Of a stretch of DNA of 64,000 nucleotides, positions 38,250 through 47,185 are shown piece after piece. The DNA lies in the IMG/VR virus record IMGVR_UViG_3300029955_000013, positions 19,901 to 83,900 of that record; one strand, given 5' to 3'. The translations under genes were made by a program, and so were the position numbers. This DNA comes from a virus. The number at the start of each line of letters is the position of its first letter. The stretch's first letter is position 1. The notes under the pieces were generated by a model that worked only from the letters and a program-made list of their open reading frames with translations, had not been told where the DNA came from and did not search any database.

Positions 38250-38323
38250 GGGGAGGTGGCCAAATGGTGAAGGCACTTGACTGATAATCAAGAGATGTGT
38301 GAGTTCGAGCCTCACTCTCCCCA
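38250..38323 (+). tRNA. tRNA-Ile(GAT)
   Basis: GGGGAGG/TCTCCCC; CTTGA-CTGATAA-TCAAG. Confidence 0.88.
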
Positions 38324-38468
38324 CGAGGCAATAGCAGGTAGCTCATGTACGTACCCTTCTGCAGACGTGGTCAAATCGTGAGCGAAGCATCAATCGTACC
38401 TGTCCACTGTAACGTGCAGTAGTAGCTGACTAAAAATACGAGACAAGTTGCGGAGAGACGCAACAAAC

Positions 38469-38547
38469 GGTGAGGTGATGGAATTGGCAGACATTGGGGA
38501 TAGGATTCCCCTGCGCAAGCGTGGAGGTTCGAGTCCTCCCCTTACCA
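38469..38547 (+). tRNA. Leu-type tRNA body with 6-nt anticodon loop (pseudo or non-canonical)
   Basis: GGTGAGG/CCTTACC; GGAATTGGCAGAC; GGGGA-TAGGAT-TCCCC. Confidence 0.65.
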
Positions 38548-38562
38548 CTTAAATTTAACGTT

Positions 38563-38829
38563 ATGACAAGTTTATTGAAGTTTAACAAGTCTGTTACCGA
38601 CAGGTTTACGCCTGCCGAGATCGGTGACATGTTGGTTGGCGAAAAGAAGTATGCCTTAGAGGTTGAGGGTGGTAACCGCGAGCCTACGGGCATCTTTAAG
38701 GACGAGGATGGCGACCTGTATGTTACCATACATGGTTACAAGGTTGGCCGCACAGACCTCGAGGTAGAGTTCGTGGTATTTCCACAATATGACAATCACA
38801 CAATTTTTCAAGCGAGGGTACAGATTTAA
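38563..38829 (+). CDS. hypothetical protein
   Basis: ATG after tRNA. Confidence 0.55.
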   Translation: MTSLLKFNKSVTDRFTPAEIGDMLVGEKKYALEVEGGNREPTGIFKDEDGDLYVTIHGYKVGRTDLEVEFVVFPQYDNHTIFQARVQI

Positions 38830-38911
38830 TGGTAAAGAAGATATTGAGATTTTTCGGTTTGTGTAAACCAGAGAGCGTAGAAGATTTTAAACAGCGTATA
38901 TCCAATAGGTA

Positions 38912-39334
38912 ATGGCAAACTATTTCACGGTTCGGGATCTTATTGAGTTCATAACGAATAACAACATCCCAATGGATGCAAGGATTTATATGCAGCGTGT
39001 GGAAGACGTCTATTTCAACGGAGTGGATATTGGTGGGTGTGGCGGCTATGTGGACGATAACGGTGTTCGCAGTTGTTTTCCGCCTGGTTCTAAAGCTGAT
39101 GGGTGGAAGACTGTCAAGAAAGAGGGTTATGCTTATCGTAAGGCTTTGGAGTTGAACAGAAGGGTAGATGCTGGAGATTTTCACAACAAGGAAGATTTCC
39201 CGGATCTGGAAGACCCTGAGGTTTTAAGGTCGAGCGAGGAAAGGCTCGAGGAGCTCAAGGAACAGTATTATCCTTGCTTCTCTCCGGTTTACTATGCTGA
39301 TCAGAAGGATTTGTTTTTGGATGCACACTATTAA
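38912..39334 (+). CDS. hypothetical protein
   Basis: 140-aa ORF. Confidence 0.65.
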   Translation: MANYFTVRDLIEFITNNNIPMDARIYMQRVEDVYFNGVDIGGCGGYVDDNGVRSCFPPGSKADGWKTVKKEGYAYRKALELNRRVDAGDFHNKEDFPDLEDPEVLRSSEERLEELKEQYYPCFSPVYYADQKDLFLDAHY

Positions 39335-39345
39335 ATAAAAATTAT

Positions 39346-39564
39346 ATGGGATTGGTAGTTAACGTTACTTCTAAAGAGATTATTAGTGGCAAGTTTATGA
39401 AAACGCTCATGAAGTTGCAGGGTTATATTCAGGAAGCCAAGGGTGACATTGAGGTTAGCCAGAGTTACAGTGCTAAAGCTGTGCACTCACGGATGGAGCG
39501 GATCATGGAACTTATGGAAGAAGACATGACCGCATTGGCAAACTCGATACAATTACCAGAATGA
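39346..39564 (+). CDS. hypothetical protein
   Basis: 72-aa ORF. Confidence 0.55.
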   Translation: MGLVVNVTSKEIISGKFMKTLMKLQGYIQEAKGDIEVSQSYSAKAVHSRMERIMELMEEDMTALANSIQLPE

Positions 39565-39806
39565 ACAAGTTTCTGCAAGAGGATTTTAAGGAAATTATTG
39601 ATCAGTTGTCAGAAAAGCTTGATCCAGGTAGCAAAAAAGTATTGCAAGAGGTGATAATGGATAATCTTGTCGAAATAAAAGAGAAATATCGTCTTTACAA
39701 GAATTCAGGCTCTGGCAGGATTAGCCTTAATTATACCCGTATTGCTATTGATTACTGGAGCCAAGTGCCTCATTTGATTGAGTTTCTTGAAAAATTTTTA
39801 GAGTAA
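39561..39806 (+). CDS. hypothetical protein
   Basis: Coupled ORF. Confidence 0.55.
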   Translation: MNKFLQEDFKEIIDQLSEKLDPGSKKVLQEVIMDNLVEIKEKYRLYKNSGSGRISLNYTRIAIDYWSQVPHLIEFLEKFLE

Positions 39807-39807
39807 T

Positions 39808-39880
39808 GGCACTGTAGACCAACGGGAGAGTCAACGGCTTTAAACCCCGTCAAGTGTCGGTTCGAGTCCGACCAGTGCTA
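39808..39880 (+). tRNA. tRNA-Leu(TAA), short variable loop
   Basis: GGCACTG/CAGTGCT; loop TT-TAA-AC. Confidence 0.8.
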
Positions 39881-39894
39881 CAAAAAATAAAAGC

Positions 39895-40428
39895 ATGCCG
39901 CAATCTACGATTGAGTTAAGGGATAAGTTTTGGCACAGGGACGAAGATGGTGTTCCAACGTCGGATGGGATAGAGGAGTGTGAGGACATACTAAGGAAGT
40001 ATGGCGTTACATTTGCTCGTGGGTACATAAGTACCACCGGAATCGATGTTGACATATCTGAAGAACTTAACGATGCCATCGAGTTCTTGGTTTATGAGTG
40101 GGACTATGCTTTCGACGGTTACGTCCAGGACAGGAGTCCGGAGAAAGAGACAGTATCAATATCCAAGGAACTTGCGATAGAGATCATAAAGGTCATAACT
40201 GATAAGACGGATAACGGTTATGAGTGGCGCAATCTCGCAGGCATAGAGTATGAGTTGTTCAAGTTCATGTTCATAGAGGAGATGCCTTATAACTCATACA
40301 AGGACCTAAGCGACGACGAGCTGCGTAAAGCAGTTCACATCTATGCGAAGGACAATCAGTACAGGTGGTATGGTCAGCCCATAGATCAAATAGAAGACGT
40401 GGAAGTAAATGCGGAGGATTTTGGTTAA
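39895..40428 (+). CDS. hypothetical protein
   Basis: 177-aa ORF. Confidence 0.65.
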   Translation: MPQSTIELRDKFWHRDEDGVPTSDGIEECEDILRKYGVTFARGYISTTGIDVDISEELNDAIEFLVYEWDYAFDGYVQDRSPEKETVSISKELAIEIIKVITDKTDNGYEWRNLAGIEYELFKFMFIEEMPYNSYKDLSDDELRKAVHIYAKDNQYRWYGQPIDQIEDVEVNAEDFG

Positions 40429-40534
40429 TAAAGTCGGTGGCATTGTTTGACTTGTGATTTTTTAGTGTAATAAAGTCGGTGCGAATTCTGGATTCGAGTT
40501 GTAAACCGAATAATAAAAACTAAAATTGAAGCAA

Positions 40535-40891
40535 ATGTTTAAGTATGTGTCTATTGACGAGTTAGTTGGTAAGGTCTTTAAAGAAGTAACTGCAAGTGTT
40601 GACGAAATGTATTTTATCGCGGAGACGGGAGAGAGATACACGTTCTATCACGACCAGGACTGTTGTGAGTGTGTTAGCATAGAGGATATTGATGGAGACA
40701 TCAGTGATCTTGTTTGCACTCCGATCACGATGGCTGAGGAGACTGTAATGGCAGCAACGGAAGAAGAGTGTAGTGAAAGTGGCACCTGGACTTACTACCG
40801 TTTTGCGACTGTAAGAGGTTACGTTACGGTTAGGTGGTTTGGTTCTTCTAACGGCTATTATTCTGAGGGCGTTTCGTTCGTGAAGTGTTAA
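40535..40891 (+). CDS. conserved hypothetical phage protein
   Basis: HDQDCCE.V, TWTYY.FAT..G.VT.RW.G.SNGYYSE. Confidence 0.75.
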   Translation: MFKYVSIDELVGKVFKEVTASVDEMYFIAETGERYTFYHDQDCCECVSIEDIDGDISDLVCTPITMAEETVMAATEEECSESGTWTYYRFATVRGYVTVRWFGSSNGYYSEGVSFVKC

Positions 40892-40920
40892 GATGTTTGG
40901 GGTGAAACTCCCCATAAATT

Positions 40921-40993
40921 GGTCCTGTAGCCCAATGGCAGAGGCGATAGGCTTAGAACCTATTTAGTGTCAGTTCGAGTCTGACCAGGACTA
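40921..40993 (+). tRNA. tRNA-Leu(TAG), short variable loop
   Basis: GGTCCTG/CAGGACT; ATAGG-CTTAGAA-CCTAT. Confidence 0.88.
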
Positions 40994-41195
40994 CTTTAAA
41001 ATGAGCAAATGGGTGTTGTAATTTTCTTTGCGTTATTGTTAGCAGCTTTTTTGATCGCTATGGTTATCGTTGCTTATGATTTTTACTGCGAGAGGAAGGA
41101 GAAAGATGGCAACTTGACATGGAAGCAATATTTTGATAACAAGAAACCTGATATGGGTGACTATTAACGTTTAATATTGCTCTATAAATAATTTT

Positions 41196-41657
41196 ATGAA
41201 AGATTTTGTTAAGAAGATCGACTCTATAGATCAGTTTCCGCCAGAATGTCTTGCGGAATGTTTGCCTGATTTTTTAAAGAAGTCTCGTTCGAAAGATAAT
41301 GAGCTTGAGTTGGACGATCTGATAGAGGTCATAGTTTGTTATGGCGATCGCGAGGAGTCAATCGAATCGCTTTACGTTAATTTCACTTATAGCTACACAA
41401 CAAAGAACTGGTTGTTCCAAGCTTTCGGTAGCCAGTATCGTAAGGGTGATTTGCTTTGTGATGAGGAAAATGAAAACTACATAACGGTTACAGACATTGC
41501 TGCGAAGAATAAGTACAATGAAGAGCGGCATGATAAGAAGAAGGAGGCTCGCATAAGGCAGTGGGGTGATTTGTTTTCGAGGCACACGAAAGAAGAGTTA
41601 CTTGTAGTGCTGAGCCAAATTGATTTCCCTAAAAGCATTATCGGCAAGATAAGATAG
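41196..41657 (+). CDS. hypothetical protein
   Basis: 153-aa ORF. Confidence 0.6.
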   Translation: MKDFVKKIDSIDQFPPECLAECLPDFLKKSRSKDNELELDDLIEVIVCYGDREESIESLYVNFTYSYTTKNWLFQAFGSQYRKGDLLCDEENENYITVTDIAAKNKYNEERHDKKKEARIRQWGDLFSRHTKEELLVVLSQIDFPKSIIGKIR

Positions 41658-41670
41658 TTATAAAAATGTT

Positions 41671-41742
41671 AATCGAGTACCTCAGAGGCCAGAGGCCAGA
41701 GGGATCGACGGAAAGTCGGTGGTTCGACTCCACTCTCGATTT
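41671..41742 (+). pseudogene. tRNA-like element lacking a proper anticodon arm
   Basis: AATCGAG/CTCGATT acceptor and GGTGG-TTCGACT-CCACT intact; AGAGGCC tandem duplication in D region. Confidence 0.6.
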
Positions 41743-41757
41743 CAATAAATTATTCAC

Positions 41758-42066
41758 ATGATAGTCAAGAAGAGATTTCCAAGTTTTTTCAGCGGCTACG
41801 AGGCCGACAAGACGATACACGAGGTATCTACGCATGATGAGCTGATGGAAATAAATTGGGTAAAGGACAAGGTTAAAATTCCAGGTCACATTGGGATTTT
41901 CTACTCGAAGATTCACTTGAACGATACGCCTTATTATCTCATGGCTCTTTCCAAAAGTGATAAAGAAATTATTTATTCTGTTATAGGATACGTGTACGGT
42001 GATGCGGCCCTTTTAGGTTTGACCGACTATACAGACTATATCAAGAAATACAACAGTACCAAGTGA
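41758..42066 (+). CDS. hypothetical protein
   Basis: 102-aa ORF. Confidence 0.6.
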   Translation: MIVKKRFPSFFSGYEADKTIHEVSTHDELMEINWVKDKVKIPGHIGIFYSKIHLNDTPYYLMALSKSDKEIIYSVIGYVYGDAALLGLTDYTDYIKKYNSTK

Positions 42067-42112
42067 AATTAGCTGTACCGCTTCAAGAGATAGTGGAGTT
42101 TGCGGTACGAAT

Positions 42113-42214
42113 GCCCGGTTGGCGAAACTGGTAGACGCACTGCCTTGTACTTTTAACGAGGAACAAGGTGGCAGCGCCCGAAAGGGTGTGGGAGTTCGAA
42201 TCTCCCATCGGGTA
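42113..42214 (+). tRNA. tRNA-Leu(GAG) with 18-nt insertion (42148-42165) inside the anticodon
   Basis: Removing the insert gives CTGCC-TTGAGGT-GGCAG; Leu D-loop and long variable arm intact. Confidence 0.8.
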
Positions 42215-42284
42215 GGAGTATAAAGTTAATACCTGCACGTGGTATGCTCTGCACACAGATTTATTCTGTGACTAAATTTAACTT

Positions 42285-42521
42285 ATGATCGCGGAATTTA
42301 CTGACGACCTGGTTGATTTCGTCGATCACCATGATTGTTCCATGCACCTCGACATGTTCGACAGCGCCAAGGATAAGGTTTTTAAGTTCGGCGACTGGAA
42401 GCTTAGGTTTGTCCACGACGAAATTGCTGATTGTGATGTTTTTTACGTTTCTTTGATCTCAGATTTAAAGAGACTGAACAATGAGTACAAGCCATACCCG
42501 AATTCCGGAAAGCCTCGATGA
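42285..42521 (+). CDS. hypothetical protein
   Basis: 78-aa ORF. Confidence 0.5.
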   Translation: MIAEFTDDLVDFVDHHDCSMHLDMFDSAKDKVFKFGDWKLRFVHDEIADCDVFYVSLISDLKRLNNEYKPYPNSGKPR

Positions 42522-42885
42522 GGCGGTAGACATAATAGTATCAAGCACCTCGCCGGAGGTGATAGAGAAATACAAGACCCTCACTGAAAAAGAGATCCTC
42601 AGCGGATCGCACCACTCGCTCGGCATGAGCATTAGGAACAACTGGCACCTATGGTGGGAGGAAAGTCATACTTACGATGAGTGGCCAAAAGAAAAACCAA
42701 AGTTAGTAGAAGAGTTTAATGCGCTCGGCATATACCATGCAGACGACATGAGCGGCATCATATTGTCTTCCGCCATAAGGCGGATACAGGACAAGCCACG
42801 TAAGCTCAATGAGGAAGTTGCGAAGTACAAGAAGTTCTGGGCGAAGCAGGGCTTCGAGGATGGGATATTTAAACCTAAAAAATAA
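42481..42885 (+). CDS. conserved hypothetical protein
   Basis: H.SLGM.IRN.W.LW...GI.HADDMS.II. Confidence 0.7.
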   Translation: MSTSHTRIPESLDEAVDIIVSSTSPEVIEKYKTLTEKEILSGSHHSLGMSIRNNWHLWWEESHTYDEWPKEKPKLVEEFNALGIYHADDMSGIILSSAIRRIQDKPRKLNEEVAKYKKFWAKQGFEDGIFKPKK

Positions 42886-42900
42886 TTATATTTTACATAA

Positions 42901-44037
42901 ATGTTTGGACAGATTAACACAAGGAAGGACTTGCCGCACTATGGTTACCCTTCGATCGAGCAGTTTAGGACGGTGATACACAATGTGAACCACAAGGCTC
43001 ACTACGTTGGCCAGGACGAGAACGGAGATGCCATATACGATCAGACGAGACAGAAGCCGACGCTAAAATTCATCGGTACCACGAAGCTGCATGGCACTAA
43101 CTGCGCGGTGGTAATTGACATCAAGAACGAGATAGTTTACTTCCAGTCGAGAGATAACGTGATAACGCCGGCTGAGGACAATGCGGGAGCAGCTACTTAC
43201 CTCGCCTCTATACAGCAGGACATTGTGAATATGGTTAAGGAGGTGATCCAGGAAGAATTCTACGCAAACGAAGTGTATAATTTCACGATACTCGAGACTA
43301 TGCACAAAGAGGACAAGAACAAGTTCGATACGATAGTTATTTACGGCGAGTGGTGCGGCGGCAGCATTCAGAAGGGAGTGGCTTTGAACGGGCTTGACAA
43401 GATGTTCGTAGTGTTCGACGTCGCCTTCATAGACAGCACCGCCGAGATAAAGCACAAGCGCTGGAAGTCTTACGATTTCGTGCAGAGGATCAAGTTGCCA
43501 AGCAAGAGGGTTTACAACATACTCGACTACAAGGTTTGGGACATCGACATCGATTTTAAGGCGCCTACGTTGTCGCAAAATGATTTGATTGACATAACTA
43601 CTGAGGTTGAGGCTCACTGTCCCGTTGGGCTTGCTTTTGGCAAGGATGGCATAGGAGAGGGAGTTGTTTGGAAGTGCATTACGCCGCCCTACGACGGTGA
43701 TTCGGGCTACTGGATGAAGGTCAAGGGGGAGAAACACTCTTCCTCGAAGGTGAAGACAATTGCGGCAGTCGATGTTGAGAAAGTAAGGAACGTGATTGAG
43801 TTCGTCGACAACGTCGTGACGGAGAGCAGGTGTCTGCAGTCGATCGACAAATTGAGGGAGGCTGGCAAGCCGCTGACGAGAGCGAGCCTCGGCGATTACC
43901 TCAGGTGGATATTCAACGACATCGTAAAGGAGGAGACCGACACGATGGTCGCGAACGGCATAGAGGCCAAGGCTGTTGGCGGTGCGATTTCCAACAAGGC
44001 GAGGGAGTGGTTCTTCGCGAACGAGTTGAATTTTTAA
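42901..44037 (+). CDS. RNA ligase, Rnl2 family
   Basis: Motif I KLHGTN, YGEW.G, FVVFD, GEGVV, KVK. Confidence 0.85.
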   Translation: MFGQINTRKDLPHYGYPSIEQFRTVIHNVNHKAHYVGQDENGDAIYDQTRQKPTLKFIGTTKLHGTNCAVVIDIKNEIVYFQSRDNVITPAEDNAGAATYLASIQQDIVNMVKEVIQEEFYANEVYNFTILETMHKEDKNKFDTIVIYGEWCGGSIQKGVALNGLDKMFVVFDVAFIDSTAEIKHKRWKSYDFVQRIKLPSKRVYNILDYKVWDIDIDFKAPTLSQNDLIDITTEVEAHCPVGLAFGKDGIGEGVVWKCITPPYDGDSGYWMKVKGEKHSSSKVKTIAAVDVEKVRNVIEFVDNVVTESRCLQSIDKLREAGKPLTRASLGDYLRWIFNDIVKEETDTMVANGIEAKAVGGAISNKAREWFFANELNF

Positions 44038-44084
44038 ACATAATAAATGGGAGGAGGCATAAAGGCTTCCTTCCTCTTTTAAGC

Positions 44085-44537
44085 ATGAAACCTATACTGG
44101 AGATAAAGAGCAAAACAGGCGTGTTGCATTTCAGGCGTTGGAAGCTGTTCGGTACGGCCTGGTTCAGCGTTTTCCTGCACGGTATCTATGAGAGCGACAA
44201 AGACAAACACATGCACAACCATCCGTGGTCCTATTGCTCGATAATAGTCAAGGGTGAGTATGTTGAGGAGTATCTCGATGGATCGGACACGAAGATTAGG
44301 TTCAGAAATTCGAGGCCTTTGAGGAACTTTTACAATCCAAAGTACTGGCCTCAACTGTTCAAGTTTCAGCCATCGACGAGGTTCCACAAGATTCTAAAAC
44401 TGGTTACGCCGGTTGTTTACTCAATCGTAATCGCGAGGACGAACGACACGAGGCTTTGGGGATATAACGTTGACGGCAAATTCATCGACAACATTACTTA
44501 CAGGGAATTGAAGAATAATGGGAAACTTGAAGATTGA
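44085..44537 (+). CDS. hypothetical cupin-like protein
   Basis: HNHPW...G.Y.E...FH motif. Confidence 0.6.
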   Translation: MKPILEIKSKTGVLHFRRWKLFGTAWFSVFLHGIYESDKDKHMHNHPWSYCSIIVKGEYVEEYLDGSDTKIRFRNSRPLRNFYNPKYWPQLFKFQPSTRFHKILKLVTPVVYSIVIARTNDTRLWGYNVDGKFIDNITYRELKNNGKLED

Positions 44538-44585
44538 TATAACCACCGGTTTCAGTTAAAATGTTTTTATTAAATTTTAAGTAGA

Positions 44586-44846
44586 ATGACGAGGCTTGAG
44601 AAGATAAATGGTTTCCTGTCAGATCCTGTATTTATGGCCAAGGCGAAGCCTGAGGTTATAGAAAAGTTCAAGAAAGAGGCTGCTTACCTTGATGGGGTGG
44701 TATTCGATACGATCGTATTGCCGGTTGTGGAGTGGCTCAAGAGCACAAAAGTGAAAGTTAATTTCGACCCCGAGAATAAGTTCGTACATTTGAAGTTCAG
44801 AAGCGACATAAAAAACCACGTAATACATGAGATACACTTCTCTTAA
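44586..44846 (+). CDS. small protein resembling ValRS C-terminal coiled-coil arm
   Basis: L.DP.FMAKA..EVIEK. Confidence 0.5.
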   Translation: MTRLEKINGFLSDPVFMAKAKPEVIEKFKKEAAYLDGVVFDTIVLPVVEWLKSTKVKVNFDPENKFVHLKFRSDIKNHVIHEIHFS

Positions 44847-44855
44847 AACAATTTT

Positions 44856-45053
44856 ATGAAGATAGTAGACACTTTTCTGGTATACGATGCTGACGATCGC
44901 TATTACAAGACCTTTAAGAAGATACATTTGCTTGTAAATGGCAGTTACGTAGAGGAGATTCCGGGCATGAAGGACACGGATTATAAGGTAGTGTCGAAGG
45001 AAGACTTCGACCGTTGGTCCGCAATGATGTCCGAGAAATTAAAAGTTAGTTAG
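44856..45053 (+). CDS. hypothetical protein
   Basis: 65-aa ORF. Confidence 0.5.
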   Translation: MKIVDTFLVYDADDRYYKTFKKIHLLVNGSYVEEIPGMKDTDYKVVSKEDFDRWSAMMSEKLKVS

Positions 45054-45134
45054 CCCCTTGCTGTAATTGGTTAGCCAGGTTGGTCTCAAAAACCAGCGCA
45101 GAAATGCATGAGGGTTCGATTCCCTCAGGGGTTA
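45052..45134 (+). tRNA. tRNA-Leu(CAA)
   Basis: AGCCCCT/AGGGGTT; TTGGT-CTCAAAA-ACCAG; variable arm GCA-GAAA-TGC. Confidence 0.85.
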
Positions 45135-45225
45135 CGCAGTCTTTTCTGTGGTCGTAAAAATATAATTTTGGACTTAATTTTTTTTTCATTTACTCCGTTG
45201 TATTTAAAGAAAAAACGGGGTAAAA

Positions 45226-46056
45226 ATGAAACTGGAAGCAGTGGTAGTGTCTATAAATTATAGCGATTTTCTCAAACACACTCTATCTCAGAACAAGCAG
45301 TTCTTCGACAAAATTGTCGTTGTTACTGATGATAAGGACTTGGATACCAAGAAGGTGTGTGATTTTTACGGCGTCGAGTGTGTTTGCACCGGCCTCGTTT
45401 ACGAGGGTGACAGTAAGGTTCCCAACAAGGGGATTGCTATTAACGAGGGCCTGAAGAGGCTCGATTTGGACGGATGGGTCATTCAGCTCGATGCTGATAT
45501 ATGGTTGCCAAAGCTTACCAGGGAGTTGCTCGACAGGTTCCCGCTCCAGAAAGACCACATTTACGGCGTTGACAGGTTCATGTGTAACTCTTATGAGGAT
45601 TGGATGAAGTTCTTAAATGAGAACAAGAAACCAATGCACGAGAGCTGGATCTACATGCACACCGATTTCTTCCCAATAGGGACGAGGCTCGTTCAGTACA
45701 AAGGTGAGGGATATTGGCCGATAGGATTCTTCCAACTTTGGAATCCGAACGGGAGTGGTGTAAAGACTTACCCTACTCATAAGGTTGGTTTCGACAGGAC
45801 CGACGTTCTTCACCTGAAGCAGTTCAAGAAGGGGAAGAGGTCTTTCATACCGGACTTCATTTGCGTTCACCTTGCGAGCCAATCACACGCACAGGGCCAA
45901 AACTGGAGGGGAAGGAGCACGGCTAAATTCGGTCCTAAGGACGATAGCCTTACGGAGGTGCCTAAGAAGTCTATTTGGAAAAAAATATTTGACATATTAA
46001 CCTTTGTATTGGATTTGTTCCTAAATTTGTTTAGGAAAGGATACAAATCAGAATAA
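45226..46056 (+). CDS. GT-A glycosyltransferase (GT2-like)
   Basis: NKG.AIN.G, LDADI (DxD), GFFQL; late motif upstream. Confidence 0.8.
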   Translation: MKLEAVVVSINYSDFLKHTLSQNKQFFDKIVVVTDDKDLDTKKVCDFYGVECVCTGLVYEGDSKVPNKGIAINEGLKRLDLDGWVIQLDADIWLPKLTRELLDRFPLQKDHIYGVDRFMCNSYEDWMKFLNENKKPMHESWIYMHTDFFPIGTRLVQYKGEGYWPIGFFQLWNPNGSGVKTYPTHKVGFDRTDVLHLKQFKKGKRSFIPDFICVHLASQSHAQGQNWRGRSTAKFGPKDDSLTEVPKKSIWKKIFDILTFVLDLFLNLFRKGYKSE

Positions 46057-46062
46057 AAATTT

Positions 46063-46473
46063 ATGAACCAGTTAGGCAAGCTTCTGTTCGATATACATAC
46101 TCATGCAGAAATCGTGAGTGACGAGAACTCGGACCAGATCGTTTACAGGGAGAAGGATGTGATAGAGCTACTGATAGACCTTGGACATGATAAGCCTGAT
46201 TTTTCGCTGTCTACAGCGGAATTGGTACGCATACCACAAGAAGTGGTTGCTAAGGTTGACAATAGTTTTGAGGCCAAACTTCAGAATGATCTTGGTGGTG
46301 ATTATAAGAGGGTGTGGATAGGAAGGGGGAGATACAGTCTTATAGTTACGCTTTTTTCGAATGCGGGTGATTACAAGATACTGGTCTTCAAGGAAGTGTT
46401 CCATGGTTTAAGCCAGGAACTTGTTTATGAAGATGTGTTGAAATTAGTTTTAGATAAAGTGAAGGAGCCTTAA
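46063..46473 (+). CDS. hypothetical protein
   Basis: 136-aa ORF. Confidence 0.6.
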   Translation: MNQLGKLLFDIHTHAEIVSDENSDQIVYREKDVIELLIDLGHDKPDFSLSTAELVRIPQEVVAKVDNSFEAKLQNDLGGDYKRVWIGRGRYSLIVTLFSNAGDYKILVFKEVFHGLSQELVYEDVLKLVLDKVKEP

Positions 46474-46487
46474 CTGGCTCCTCAAAT

Positions 46488-46561
46488 GGCGGTTAACCTA
46501 TGTGGCGTGGGAGCAGTCTGCAAAACTGTGTGAGTTGGTTCGAATCCAACAGCCGCTTCCA
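46488..46561 (+). tRNA. tRNA-Cys(GCA)
   Basis: GCAGT-CTGCAAA-ACTGT; U73 and encoded CCA. Confidence 0.85.
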
Positions 46562-46576
46562 ACTTAGCAGGAGGCA

Positions 46577-46606
46577 AAGGGAATTCAGAAATGAGTTCCT
46601 TTTTTT
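46577..46606 (+). terminator. intrinsic terminator ending tRNA block 1
   Basis: GGGAATTCA-GAAA-TGAGTTCCT plus U-tract. Confidence 0.75.
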
Positions 46607-46636
46607 ATTTCGGGGATTCGGTGCTACATTTGTTCT

Positions 46637-46900
46637 ATGAAATATCTGATAGTAATTTTCGCTTTTGCGACGTTAGGTTGTGACTGGTCATGGAATGTGC
46701 CAGTTTATAAGAGATACAATGGAATAGTAGTGGACAAACTGATTGTTCCACAAGACAGAGCTCTAACTGAGTATTACGTAGTTTTCAAGGCAGACTCACT
46801 CAGCAAGAACATTTCTGTTGAAATGGAATGGAAAAGGTATATAAATACCAAAGTTGGCCAGAGAATATCCTTTAATTTAACCGAAAGCGACATAAAATGA
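46637..46900 (+). CDS. small lipoprotein (paralog 1)
   Basis: Lipobox TLGC; TACATTTG at 46625. Confidence 0.7.
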   Translation: MKYLIVIFAFATLGCDWSWNVPVYKRYNGIVVDKLIVPQDRALTEYYVVFKADSLSKNISVEMEWKRYINTKVGQRISFNLTESDIK

Positions 46901-47172
46901 GATACATAATATTGACAGCTGCAATATTTTTAGCATCTTGTAATTCGGATTACACTGAGGTGAAGATGCATACTGGCATAATAGTAGACAAATTCATGAG
47001 ATCATCTGGGGACGATAATGGAGGTTCAACTCCAGTAATCGTAATGAGGGACGATTCTATTGTTAGAAACATACCAGTATACGTTAATCTTGGAATCTAT
47101 ACGAACGTGTGGGTTGGAAAAAAAGTGACACTATACTTATCGCAAGAAGCTATTGATACTTACTCGAGATAA
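46897..47172 (+). CDS. small lipoprotein (paralog 2)
   Basis: Lipobox LASC; G.IVDK...DS...Y.N..VG. Confidence 0.7.
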   Translation: MRYIILTAAIFLASCNSDYTEVKMHTGIIVDKFMRSSGDDNGGSTPVIVMRDDSIVRNIPVYVNLGIYTNVWVGKKVTLYLSQEAIDTYSR

Positions 47173-47185
47173 ATAAATTTGCAAA

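Noticed and set aside
40426-40481. 14-bp direct repeat TAATAAAGTCGGTG, two copies
   Set aside because: Only two copies with no array or associated gene; likely a local duplication.
42145-42149. Reading the 42113 tRNA as Tyr(GTA) with a 37/38 intron
   Set aside because: It would give C37, and the body is Leu-type; excision at 34/35 restores a canonical Leu(GAG) loop.
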